Source of the DNA: Felis catus
Taxonomy: Eukaryota
Length of the DNA stretch: 64,000 nt
NCBI RefSeq assembly: GCF_018350175.1
Contig: NC_058368.1
Span: 172,796,001 to 172,860,000 of the forward strand
Reading direction: 5' to 3'
Shown here: one piece after another, positions 1-21,391 of the stretch
How the letters are laid out: the number at the start of each line of letters is the position of its first letter
Numbering within the stretch: position 1 is the stretch's first letter
Made by a program: the position numbers and the translations under genes
Notes under the pieces: model-generated
The model's database searches: none
What the model saw: only the letters and a program-made list of their open reading frames with translations
Told to the model about the DNA's origin: nothing

Positions 1-97
1 TGGATGGCAAGGGTTGGGTTTGATTCCTCTCAGCACCACCAGCCTGGCGCCAGGCATAGAGTAGGCACTCAATAAAGTGTGTCTGAAAATGTGTGAG
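1..97 (+). other. F12: Probable 3' UTR end and poly(A) site of coagulation factor XII; coding part lies outside the window
   Basis: AATAAA at 71-76 in the context CTCAATAAAGTG..TGAAAATG..GAGA, resembling the human F12 mRNA end as I recall it. F12 lies just upstream of PFN3 on the same strand in mammals. Confidence 0.6.
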
Positions 98-321
98 AGG
101 CATAGTTCTTCAGGGGACCTGATGGGAAATGCCAAGACAGTAAACTGGTGCACTTCTCCATACTCCTCGGGGAACAGGATCTATTAAGATCTTAAACAAG
201 GTATAGATTGGTGTCCAACTGATGTTCTTTGAGCCATACTGTGTACCAAGTCCTGAGCAGGGTGGCTCCATATATTTATCTCTTGTATGAACTAACTTTT
301 TAACTTTTGAAGTTTATAGGA

Positions 322-490
322 CAGAGGTTCTCAATCTCTACTGTACATTAGAATCATCTGGGGAGCTTTTTGAACCTGTGCCTGAGATCCACTTCAGATC
401 AATTAGATCTCTAGGGAGGGGGTGTGGGTAGTGGTATGTTTTTAAAACTCCCCAGGTGATTCCATGTGCAGTCAAGGCTGAGCACCATGG
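322..490. mobile_element. MER5-like hAT-Charlie MITE remnant
   Basis: CAGAGGTTCTCAA end, TTAGAATCATCTGGGGAGCTT and TTTAAAACTCCCCAGGTGATTC motifs. Confidence 0.65.
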
Positions 491-575
491 TTAGAAATGC
501 TTCACATTAAAACAGTGCTGTGGACTCTTAGAGCTGGCAATGTGGATAACACCCCCACCCGAACTTGCACTAGAG

Positions 576-753
576 CAGTGGGGCTCAAATTGTGCCTGGA
601 CCACCAGCAGCAGTGTCACAAGGGAACTTGTTAGAAATGCATATTCTCTGGCTACCTCCCATACTACTGAATCAGAAGCTCTCAAGTTGAGACCCAGCAA
701 TCTGTTTCATGGATTCCCAGGAGATGCTGATGTTCCTAACGTTGAACCAAACT
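576..753. mobile_element. MER5A-like MITE remnant
   Basis: GGGAACTTGTTAGAAATGCA, TACTGAATCAGAAGCTCT and CCCAGCAATCTGTTT motifs. Confidence 0.7.
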
Positions 754-821
754 GAGGATTCTGGGGGGTTCAATGGTCACCAGTCTGGGAGGTCTAGCTG
801 TCCACTTGCTCTCTTTCTTTT

Positions 822-1043
822 CATTCTTTTTTTTTTTTAAGTTATTGTTGACAGAGACAGAGTGCAAGTATGAGCTGGGGAGGGGCAGAGAGAGAGAGGG
901 AGACACAGAATCCCACGCAGGCTCCAGGCTCCAGGCTCCAAGCTGTCAGCACAGAGCGTGACATGGGGCTTGAACTCACGAATTGTGAGATCATGACCTG
1001 GGCCGAAGTCGGATGATTAACCGACTGAGCCACCCAGGCGCTC
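822..1043 (-). mobile_element. Can-SINE (feliform SINEC)
   Basis: T tail, (GA)n tract, head TGAGCCACCCAGGCGC; flanking CTCTTTCTTTT repeat. Confidence 0.9.
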
Positions 1044-1359
1044 CTCTTTCTTTTTGTTCTTAAACCCGGGTGCACACTGCGCTCAGTGAGCCATTTAAGT
1101 TGGTTTCTCAAGGGTTGTACAGATCGGTGTGATTTTATCTTTCAGGCTAACTTTACAACTTTACACAGGTCTAAGATATGAGCTTCTCTCCCTCAGCCCA
1201 TGTACACATTCTCCAGTGTACATAGTGTCTCTGTGACATCACCATGCCTCGATGTCACAACCCCGCCCTGACATGCCTCACAGTGCATGGAGTTCCAGGC
1301 ACACGGAACAGCCGGATATCCCTTAAAAGTGCAAGGCGAGGGGCACACTCTGAGCCAGA

Positions 1360-1773
1360 ATGGGGGACTGGAAAGGCTATATCAGTGGAGTGCTGCGGGA
1401 CCAGCGTATTGATGACGTGGCCATCATGGGCCACTCAGACAATCGCTGCGTGTGGGCATCGCGCCCTGGAGGCCTTCTAGCTGCCATATCACCGCAGGAG
1501 GTGGGTGTGCTCACAGGGCCTGATCGGCACACCTTCCTGCAGGCCGGCCTGAGTGTGGCAGGCCGCCGCTGCTGCGTCATCCGAGACCACCTGCTGTCTG
1601 AGGGAGATGGTGTCCTGGACGCTCGCACTAAAGGGCTGGATGGGCGTGCTGTCTGCGTGGGCCACACCCCGCGCGCGCTCCTGGTGCTCATGGGCCGACG
1701 GGGTGTGCATGGGGGCATCCTCAACAAGACAGTGCATGAGCTGATCAATGGGCTACGCAAGCAGGGCACATAG
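1360..1773 (+). CDS. PFN3: Profilin-3, intronless, 137 aa
   Basis: [25 protein letters not shown]...[25 protein letters not shown] is a profilin; good Kozak context AGAATGG; AATAAA 32 nt after the stop; synteny with SLC34A1. Confidence 0.97.
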   Translation: MGDWKGYISGVLRDQRIDDVAIMGHSDNRCVWASRPGGLLAAISPQEVGVLTGPDRHTFLQAGLSVAGRRCCVIRDHLLSEGDGVLDARTKGLDGRAVCVGHTPRALLVLMGRRGVHGGILNKTVHELINGLRKQGT

Positions 1774-1805
1774 CAGTACAGCTAGGCCACTGGTGACTGC
1801 GTCAA

Positions 1806-1811
1806 AATAAA
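1806..1811 (+). terminator. PFN3: PFN3 poly(A) signal
   Basis: AATAAA followed by a GT/T-rich tract (TGTGTTTTTG) about 25-35 nt downstream. Confidence 0.85.
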
Positions 1812-1891
1812 CTGCTGGGCCTGGCTGGCTCATCCTGTGTTTTTGCATGTTGGGCAGTTGCAGATGAGGAAACCAGTTTCCAGAAAGATTC

Positions 1892-2119
1892 TTTTTTTTT
1901 TTTTTAATTTTTTTTCAATGTTTATTTATTTTTGAGACAGAGAGAGACAGAGCATGAACTGGGGAGGGTCAGAGAGAGAGGGAGACACAGAATCGGAAGC
2001 AGGCTCCAGGCTCTGAGCCATCAGCCCAGAGCCCGACGCAGGGCTCGAACCCACGGACCGCGAGATCGTGACCTGAGCTGAAGTCGGACGCTTAACCGAC
2101 TGAGCCACCCAGGCGCCCC
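1892..2119 (-). mobile_element. Young Can-SINE (SINEC_Fc-like)
   Basis: Full length and CpG-rich; target-site duplication AGAAAGATTCTT / AGAACGATTCTT. Confidence 0.93.
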
Positions 2120-2716
2120 AGAACGATTCTTGAAGAGGGGTTGCCTGATGGGGCTGGGATTTTGAGTTCAGAGGCTTCCCAGCCTCCTGTCCCCTAGACC
2201 TGGCCCTCCTATCCATGAATGCCCTGCAGAGGCCTCTGGCCTGACTTCCCAGGGTCCTTTCCCAAGAAAACTTTCCACACCTCTGTGTGGGACAAACTGT
2301 AAAAGTAGTTCCTCCCACACCCCTCCCAAAGCAAACCCCAGCTAGACCCTATGGGGTCAGGGAGTCAGGCTGGAGGCCAGTGTACTAGTCACCCCCTCTA
2401 CTTGGCAGGAGGAAGCCTTTTCAAGTGTAAGTGGGTGATGGAGTAGGGCTGGTAGCTTGGAGAGCAACTCTGGGGCTCCCGGGTTCTTGCATCTCCTCCC
2501 ACATATCCCAAAGGGATTGGGAGAAGAGCACATGGCCAAGACCATCACAACGAGGTCTGGGCCCTATAGCCGTCTGCCCCCTTGGAGTCCAAAGGCCCCA
2601 GAGGACTCTCTAGACTAGAAGGAGGAACTTAGGCATTCCCTACCCCTTGACCTTCACTCTGCAGGCCTCAGCTCCAGGGGCCCTATGGAAAAGGAGGAAT
2701 TGAAAAGCTTGGATGG

Positions 2717-2894
2717 ATTTGTTTGTTTTAGTGTTTATTTTGGGGGTGGAAGGGGCAGAAAGAGCGGGTGACACAAAATCTGAAGCAGATTCCAGGCTCC
2801 AAGCTGTCAGCACAGAGGGGCTTGAACCCACAAACTGTGAGATCATGACCTGAGCTGTAGCCAGACGCTTAACCAACTGAGCCACCCAGTGCCC
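2717..2894 (-). mobile_element. Can-SINE
   Basis: SINE body with a perfect 16-bp TSD TGAAAAGCTTGGATGG at 2701-2716 and 2895-2910. Confidence 0.9.
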
Positions 2895-2927
2895 TGAAAA
2901 GCTTGGATGGGTTTAAATGAGGCTTGG

Positions 2928-2933
2928 TTTATT
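2928..2933 (-). terminator. SLC34A1: Candidate distal SLC34A1 poly(A) signal (AATAAA)
   Basis: TTTATT on +, about 1.0 kb past the stop codon. Confidence 0.45.
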
Positions 2934-3405
2934 GCCCAAAGTTAAAGGACAAAGGTGGGAGGGAGGGTGGCCAGTCCCTGCCCACTATGTGCTGGGGCCC
3001 AGAGCATGGCCTCTCTTGCCCATCTTCACCTTCCCTGTCCCCTCCCTCAGTGTCCCCCAACAAGCCCCCACCTGTCACTTGTTTTCTGGAACACTAATCT
3101 TATCCCAGAAAGGGGAAGTAAGGTGGGTAAGTCCAGAGGCAGAGAGAGACCAGAGGAAGTCAGCTGGATGGGGAGGGTGGGAGAGTGGGTGGGGATGGTA
3201 CAGAGAGCCCTTCTTATGGTTGCCTTGGGGGTGGCCCCAGGCCCTAGGGGGGACTCCCAGAAAGTCTGAATCTGGTTTGGCTCATTAAGGTAGGGTTAAG
3301 TGGATTGTTGGGGTGAGCTTGCAGGAAATAGTGCTGCTGGACCCCAAGCCGTGGTCTACCCCCACTCCCCAGACTGAAGCAAACAGACTTATAAATGCAT
3401 GAGAA

Positions 3406-3411
3406 TTTAAT
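3406..3411 (-). terminator. SLC34A1: Candidate proximal SLC34A1 poly(A) signal (ATTAAA)
   Basis: TTTAAT on +, about 525 nt past the stop, followed on - by a GT-rich tract (GTCTGTTTGCTT). Confidence 0.65.
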
Positions 3412-3935
3412 TCCTTTTTCATCACGCAGTATTGGGAAAGGGGGTTGTAGTGGTGCCACAGAACAACTGGGTGAGGGGGAGAGTGGCAAGTAGAGAAAGG
3501 AAGGTGACAGGGAGGGTGAGAACTCAGCCAGTGACTCAGGCACCCACATCTATGCACAACCAAACAGCTGCAGGTCCTGTCCTCAGACCCACCTTACTCC
3601 TGCTCCACTGAGTCGGACTTGTGTGTCCAGGAGAACCAAGCACAGGCCTCCAAACAAAGCCTCCTGGTGTGCAGAGGACTCAAAATCATACCCAGGTACC
3701 CTGTAGCCTGCACACAGCCCTCCACGGGTGCATCAGTTCACACATGCAGGCTGACATGCAGTATTACCAAACATGCCCACACATGCACACACACTGACTC
3801 TCAGTCACACAAGCCCAGACCTCTGAGGACCTGCACAAGGACAGTCCCGTGCCCAGAGTACACAGACACACCCCTCTGCCCTTCTACAGTGGGCCCCAGG
3901 CACAGGCCCTTCCCTGCCCTGGGTGGCAGTCTGGG

Positions 3936-14416
<10,481 letters not shown>

Positions 14417-14479
14417 TCAGTGAAGTATACCCTCCACCCCCACATATACTCAGAGATGCATACTCAGGTGCTCAGCCCA

Positions 14480-14960
14480 GATTCATTTATTCTGTCATTC
14501 AGCAAGTATTGATTGAGCATCTACTCTATCCCAGACGCTGAGCTAGATGATGGGATACAGTGATAACTAAATAAATACAAGGACAACTGCCCCCTAAAAA
14601 CTCAAAGTCTCATGGGGAGATAGATGTCAATGAAATAACCCTTCAAGCAGATGGCAAGTGGCAATGGGGACATGTGTTCTAGTGACAGATACAGGTGCTA
14701 CCAGAGTGCCCCGTGGCAGGGGGTGGATTCTTGAGGGAAGAGAGAGCAGACGATCAAGCTGAAATGAAGCAGGAGTGGGAGTTCCCAGATGGAGAGGGAG
14801 AAGGGCATGTGTGCAGGAGCCTTGGGCTGGAAGGAGGTGAGAATGCCCTGCAGCTGGAGGGGACCTGGGAACATGTGTACTGGCAGAGGTTGCAGATGTG
14901 GGCCAAGTCTGCACATGCAGGAGGAGTTCGGACCATCCTGAGAGCAGTGAGGAGCCATGG
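14480..14960 (-). mobile_element. L2 LINE remnant in SLC34A1 intron 1
   Basis: ATTCATTTATTC..CATTCAGCAAGTATT.ATTGAGCATCTACT is the reverse complement of an L2 tail; boundaries approximate. Confidence 0.6.
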
Positions 14961-15370
14961 ACACCTGCTTGCTCATGGGACCAGTTGGACATGCACTTGG
15001 GGGAGGGTCCACTGGCCTGGATCCCAAGTTCCTGGGTTCCCCCGGCAAATGAACTTCTTTCCCCATCTACCTCCCTCCCTGCCAGATGGCCTTTCTCTCA
15101 TGAATGAATCTCAGACCAAGACTGGTTTAGGTAAAGAGGTTTCCCCCCTTGTTATCCCCAAGTCTGGGAAGCCCTCGGCTCACTTTAGGCACACCCTCAA
15201 CTGCACCAGGAGTTCTTGGTTGATGGGGTAGCAGTGCCAATCTGCACTAGCAACACATATCCTTACACCCCTATGATGTCCCAAGGGCCCCTGGCTGTTG
15301 TGGTGGGGGTGAGGGGCTGGCCTGAATTCCAAGCCCTGGTAGAGCACAAGTCCTTTTTACTTTGGGGGAG

Positions 15371-15404
15371 TGAGCCAGGCTGGACTGAGCCAGGCTGGAC
15401 TGAG
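15371..15404. repeat. 15-bp perfect tandem duplication
   Basis: TGAGCCAGGCTGGAC twice, then TGAG. Confidence 0.85.
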
Positions 15405-15527
15405 ACTGAGATGTTATGGGTGCAGAAAGGGGAAGCACAGTTAGGACAGAGGTGAGGGAGTGGAGGTGATGGGCTATTTCCTACTACGACTTGGGAATGG
15501 GTTTGGGACAGGGGGTCCTGGGCTTAC

Positions 15528-15582
15528 CTTGGGGGTTCTGTGTTTCAGCTCCTGCTCGGCTGCTTAAGGAAGCCCCAGGGGC
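15528..15582 (-). other. SLC34A1: SLC34A1 non-coding exon 1 (TSS approximate)
   Basis: Strong donor AAG|GTAAGC at 15528/15527, about 80 nt downstream of a TATAAA box. Confidence 0.75.
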
Positions 15583-15607
15583 CTGAGGAAGAGCTGGGAC
15601 CCTCCCC

Positions 15608-15707
15608 TTTATACCCTTGGGTCAAGGGCAAAGTCCCAAAACCCTAGCTACCCTCCCTGTTCCCCAATTAACCTCACCCCTGAGATTCCTCCCAGTTAAT
15701 TACTAAC
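15608..15707 (-). promoter_or_regulatory. SLC34A1: SLC34A1 core promoter: TATA box, DR1/HNF4-like site, HNF1-like site
   Basis: TATAAA on - at 15608-15613; GGGTCAAGGGCAAAGTCCC at 15619-15637; GTTAATTACTAAC at 15695-15707. Confidence 0.75.
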
Positions 15708-16619
15708 CGTCAGCTCTGCTGGGGGAGTCTGTGGTCAGGCTTTCCCTTCCCCTACACAGAAACTTAGGCTGAAAGAGACAGAGACCCAGCTAGGGCACAG
15801 ACACATCTCCTGTCCCCAGGCAGAGACCCTGATGCCACTCAGGCACTTTGTTCCCAGGGTCCCCACAGGGATTTCATGGCTCCAGCCCCTTCCCTTCATG
15901 CTTGGCCTGACAGGACACCACACGGAGTGACCCAAATGCTCTGTAGCCTTGCCATGCATCTGGATGTCTGTGAGTCTGTCTGCAGGTCTTGGGGGACACT
16001 TGAAGGAGAGGGAACATGTGATAGAGGAAGTAATAAGAGAGAAACCCAGAAAGGCTGCATAATATTGAGTCAGGGAGGGTCTTCAGTACATGACTACAAA
16101 TCCAGGATGCATCTGAGAGAATGCCCAGATCAGGAAGGACCTGGTCTTCATTTTAGAATGGTCCCTTTGAGTGGTTGTCTGTCAAAGGAGGTGATTCTGG
16201 AAGCAGAAAGGCCAGTTAAGAGGCTGGATGGTCCAGAGAAGAGATGATGAGGTCTGAATCAGGTGGAGATGGGGAGGGATGGGGAGGAGAAGATGCATCC
16301 CAGGATAACTTGGGCAGTGGAATGGGTGAGGAAGAGAGTGGGAGAAAGGAGAAATGTATGACAGTTGAGTATCTAGATTCAGAAGCTGATGATTCTATGA
16401 GATCTATTCCAGAACTCCTGAAACCCAGAGAGGGCCCTTAGGGAGCCTTTGAGAAGCTTGTTTCCCTTTCTTGGGACTGTGGAGCCTGAATGCGGCCCCA
16501 GAGTCACAAAATAGATGAGAAGGGAGCTTCCTTCTAAAGGAGTGGGATTTAACAGATCCAGCAATAGTGGGTTCCATTCAAGATCTAGCTTAGGCAACTG
16601 TCTGAGTAACCTAACATTA

Positions 16620-16710
16620 TCCATTCGTCTGTCCATCCGTCCATCCATCCATCCACCCACCCACCTAGCCAGCCAGCCAGCCAGCCAGCCACTTGTCTAT
16701 CCATCCATTC
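16620..16710. repeat. Compound (TCCA)n/(CCCA)n/(GCCA)n tetranucleotide repeat
   Basis: Read directly. Confidence 0.85.
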
Positions 16711-17764
16711 CTAACAACATGAGTTGAGTTCCTACTCTATGCTGAGCCAAGATTGGCAAGGCTAGCTCTCTCCTGGTCATTAAAATCCCTGAATCAGCTT
16801 GGGGTGCGAGGCAAGTCACTTCACCTGTAAAATGGCAATCGGCACCTCCTTTGCAGTGAGTTGAAGTCAATGAACTAACTGACCCATCTCAGTGCCTAGA
16901 AGAGTCCCTCAGCATGTGAATTCTCTTCACGCTCTTGTGCCCTTCTCACTGTCTCTGGGATGGCTGCAGTGTCCCAACCAAGGGAATGGCCCCACCTCCT
17001 CTAGATTCTCAGCCCTATTTCAGGTCAACAACTCCTTTTGCTCACTAGTTGCACTTTGATTGCTCAGGATCCTCTGAGTTACAGTCCTACTCAATATCTC
17101 ACATTTATTAGGGTGACACAGACCCAGCCTTTCCTATCAAGGTAGATGGACATTTCTGCACAGTTCCCCTTTAATGTCATAAGGGTTAAGTAGTTCATCC
17201 TTAATTTGCAGAGCATTGTGGAGTTGTCCTCTGGGTAGTGTTCACAATGGACTTTCTGTTGAATGGTTAAGAGCAGAGATTGAGGCTAGCCCGGGTTTGG
17301 ATCCCGCCCGGCTCCACCACATTGTGGCTGTGTCAGTTTAGGCCACAAAATCCCCAGAGGATCGGGGAGGGGTGGGAAGCAGAGATGCAGCTGGGATTGG
17401 TTTTGGGTAGAGTGACCATAAATCCTGGTTTGCCCGGTCAAGTCCTGGCTTATGACTGTTGGCCCAAAGTCCCCATTCACTTAAAAAGTGCCATGGTTTG
17501 GAAAATCAACCATACATTCTTATGGCTTGTTCTGGGAGATTATGGAGAACTGGGGCAATCAGCCACCTGGTGCTTATTAGAAAGGTCTCCATTTATAGAA
17601 AAAGGAAAAGAAAAACAATCCTGCTTCTCAGAAACATTGTTGTAACAATACTGCCTTTCATCCTTTTCTCTATGCCTTTTTAACCTATTTGAGTGTTATT
17701 GTCTATGAAAGACTGCATCTTGCTCTTTTTCCATCTGCCATCACATGTTACTTTTCTTGTGTTC

Positions 17765-17984
17765 TTTTTATAAATTTTTTAAATGTTTGTTTATTTTTGA
17801 GAGAGACAGAGACAGAATGTGAGTCGGGTTAGGGGCAGAGAGAGAGGGAGACACAGAATCCGAAGCAGGCTCCAGGCTCTGAGCCGTCAGCACAGAGCCC
17901 AATGCGGGGCTCGAACTCACTGACTGCGAGATCATGACCTGAGCCAAAGTCAGACGCTCAACCGACTGAGCCACCCAGGCGCCC
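17765..17984 (-). mobile_element. Can-SINE
   Basis: Full length; TSD TTTCTTGTGTTCTT. Confidence 0.92.
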
Positions 17985-18205
17985 TTTCTTGTGTTCTTAT
18001 ACTCAGTGTCAGTTGCATCATGTCCTGTCATGAATCGTAACTTATGTAGTGAACATTTGTGTGTCCCAGAACCTCTCCAAACTGGAGTGAGTGATTTGGG
18101 TAAGACGGGTTCGTGCATGGATAGGAGGAGTTTCGCTGAGCCAGGGAAATGCAATCATTGCTAAGTTCTTGTGTTGGAATCATTCTTTGGCTCAGAAACC
18201 CTGTT

Positions 18206-18663
18206 TTTTTTAAATATATATATATATATTTTTAATTTTTTTTTCAACGTTTATTTATTTTTGGGACAGAGAGAGACAGAGCATGAACGGGGAAGGGGCA
18301 GAGAGAGAGGGAGACACAGAATCGGAAACAGGCTCCAGGCTCTGAGCCATCAGCCCAGAGCCTGACGCGGGGCTCGAACTCACGGACCGCGAGATCGTGA
18401 CCTGGCTGAAGTCGGACGCTTAACCGACTGCGCCACCCAGGCGCCCCTAAATATATTTTTTAATGTTTATTCATTTTTGAGAGAAAGAGAGACAGAGCGT
18501 AAGTGGGGGAAGGGAGAAAGAGAGAGGGAGACAGAATCCAAAGTAGGCTCCAGGCTCCGAGCTTTCAGCACAGAGCCTGACATGGGGCTCAAACCCACAA
18601 ACCGTGAGATCATGACCTAAGCCAAAGTCTGACGCTTAACTGATTGAGCCTCCCAGGCCCCCC
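18206..18663 (-). mobile_element. Nested Can-SINE dimer: a young copy (about 18229-18447) inside the A-tail of an older copy (18448-18663)
   Basis: Outer 17-bp TSD GGCTCAGAAACCCTGTT at 18189-18205 and 18665-18681; inner TAAATATAT duplication. Confidence 0.9.
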
Positions 18664-18855
18664 GGGCTCAGAAACCCTGTTAAAGTCATATTGGGCTCAA
18701 AGGCTGTCTGGGTCCAAGCACACACCGCTCCCCCCCCAACCCACAGTGGGTCCAGGGACCTCTACCATAAGCCCTGTTCCTCTCCCCTGCCTTAGGTCAG
18801 ATCCTAAGCAGGAACAGCTATATCCAAGGTGTTCCTTATGAACTAGGGGTGATAC

Positions 18856-19049
18856 TTTTTTTAAAGTTTATTTTATTTATTTTGAGAGAGAGAGCAAGGG
18901 AGGGACAGAGAGAGAGGGAGAGAGAGAATCCCAAGCAGGCTCCGTGCTGTCAGCGCAGATTCAGGGCTCAAACTCACAAATGGTGAGATCATGATCTGAG
19001 CCAAAATCAAGAGTTGGAAACTTAACTGACTGAGCCACCCAGGTGCCCC
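18856..19049 (-). mobile_element. Can-SINE (older subfamily)
   Basis: (GA)n tract, GAATCCCAAGCAGGCTCC, head TGAGCCACCCAGGTGCCCC. Confidence 0.9.
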
Positions 19050-21391
19050 AAGGGTGCATCTTTTTAATAAAGCTAGGATCTTTGATAATTTTGAAGTCCA
19101 CCTTCCCTGCTCGCATAAAGCTTGGGGCTTAGTGAAAGAGGCAGTTATCAATCAAATGCAGCAAGAGATATAATTACAAAATGCTATGAACAGTGGCTGC
19201 TTCCACGTGTATTGGTGGGGGGGCTGCTAAGTGCTGGTAAGAGCACCGAAACTTGGGAGCTGACCAGAATGGGTTTTGAGACTTCTGAGAGCAGTGGAGA
19301 AGGCAACGAAGACTCTGCTCCTTGTTCATCTTATCCCCCTCCTGCTCACCTCCTGTCTCTTCCCTGTCGGAGACAGACTGCGCATGTCCCCCTGAACGAT
19401 GACTCCTGCCCTGTCTGCCCACCTGCACTCTGGCCATGGCTTCTCCCAGACCTCTGGGCCTAGAGCCTGGGTGGTGGGTGGTGTCTCACAGTGAGAAATG
19501 GCACCCAGGAGGAGGAGCAGTTTGGGAGGGAAGATGCCAAGAACCGTCTGTACAGACTGAGTCTGAGGTGAGCAGTTGGATCTGTGAGTCTGAAGCACAC
19601 GACGTGCTCCTTACCCCAAACAGGGCTTCCTGCACATTCCCAGCCTCAGTAGCAGCATGTGGTCTATCGATCTGAGCCAGAAACAGAGCAGGCTTCTTTG
19701 ACGTGTCCTCCACCTCCACCTCCTGTCACTCATCCATCACCCAATACCCCCAATTTCCCTTCTGTGGGAGCTCCCTAAGCCTTTCACCTCCTCCCTGGTC
19801 AGGGCCACCATCTCTCATTGAATGTTCTCCCTGTTTCTGCCCTTGTGCCCTCCAATCCAGTCTCCAAAAACAGCAGCCAGTCATTTTTTCAAGATGCAAT
19901 TCTGACTAGGTCACTGCTCTCTTTTCACACCTGTCCAGTTTGAAACCAGCATCTTGTCATGGCCTTGGGGCCCAGAGCGACTTGGCATAGCCGGTGATGA
20001 TACCCTCCAAGGGAGAATATGCACATGGAGGAGAGATGGGGCCCAGGGCTGAGTCCAGAGGAGCATCCACCTTTGAGGGAGGGCAAAAAAAGTGGGGGGG
20101 ACTCCTGTGAGGAAACCGACAGGTACGACAGGGATTAGGAAGAAAAACAGAAAAGCAGATGCCCCAGAAGCCAGGGTTATCTCCCAGTTTTGAGAGATAT
20201 ACCATGATAAGCCGGGTCAGATGCCACAGAGATGTTGGGTAATGTGAGGATGGAGCCGATGTAGTGACCTGGGCAAGCTGTCCTGGGAGAGTGCTGAGGG
20301 TGGGGGCAGCTTGCAAGGGGTTGGGAATGAGCAGGAGGTGGGAGCTGAGACAGCATGGCCAATGTGAATGTGACAGACTGACAGATAGTGAATTTGATCA
20401 TGCCAATGAAAACAATTTCTCTGGGAGTGACATGACTGCTGAGAAGAGGAGAGAATGATCCCAAGAACAAGTGCTTGGTCCGGGAATGGAGCAAGCTGTG
20501 AAAGTTGGCATAACCCGCTGTTTCTCCAGTCCTCGGCTAAGATCCATTTGGTCTCTAAATACACTCAATTTTCTGCATGCAAGTTTCCTGCAGGACCTAA
20601 AGTTTGAGGACAACCAAGGGAAGAAAAATGAACATTCCAGACCATCCCTCCATGAACTAGATTTTTTTTGAGAGAACTAACGACCACTATAATCCCACAA
20701 CAGGGCTCCTCCTGCCTCTTTGAACCAGCATGTTTGTTCCACCAACATAAAAGCCCACTATGAGTCAGCATGCTGCTGCATATTGTGGACACAGCAGTGA
20801 ATATTCCATCCAATTATTCAGGCCAGCCCCACTGTACACAGACACAGACGTGTGTGTGCATCACACACACACGGGTGCATCCTCTCTGTATGTGTGGTCA
20901 AGGCATCACCAATGGGCTGGTGACATAGTAGGGGCCACCTGCCACCTCCCCTTAGGAAACAGAGCAACCCCTCTCTGGCTCTCTCGACTTTGTCCTGTCT
21001 TGGACAGTCTGGACTTCAATCTGAGCTGCCTAGCAGATGTTATCCCATCTAAGCCCCATTTTCCAGATTGGATGCCCCATGCTCTATTACATTAGATCCA
21101 TGGATCCAGGGCAGGGGCAGCTGACCTGAGGATGCCCCATCCTTGTTTGGGGGATAAGTGCCCTGTGTAATGTTTAATCCTGGTGGCCCAGGCACCAGTC
21201 ACTCATTGACTGATGAGGCCAAAGTCTGTGGCCAAAAGAGCTGAGGTTGCTTTGGGCTTTTCTCAGAAATCAGCTCTTCCCCTGAAGCTCCCTTCCTCAT
21301 GTGGCTCCAGCTCTGTGCTTTCATGCTGGCCTCAGGGACCAGGCCTGAGGGTGAGGTTGTGGACAGCACACTCTCAGATGGTAGTCCCATG

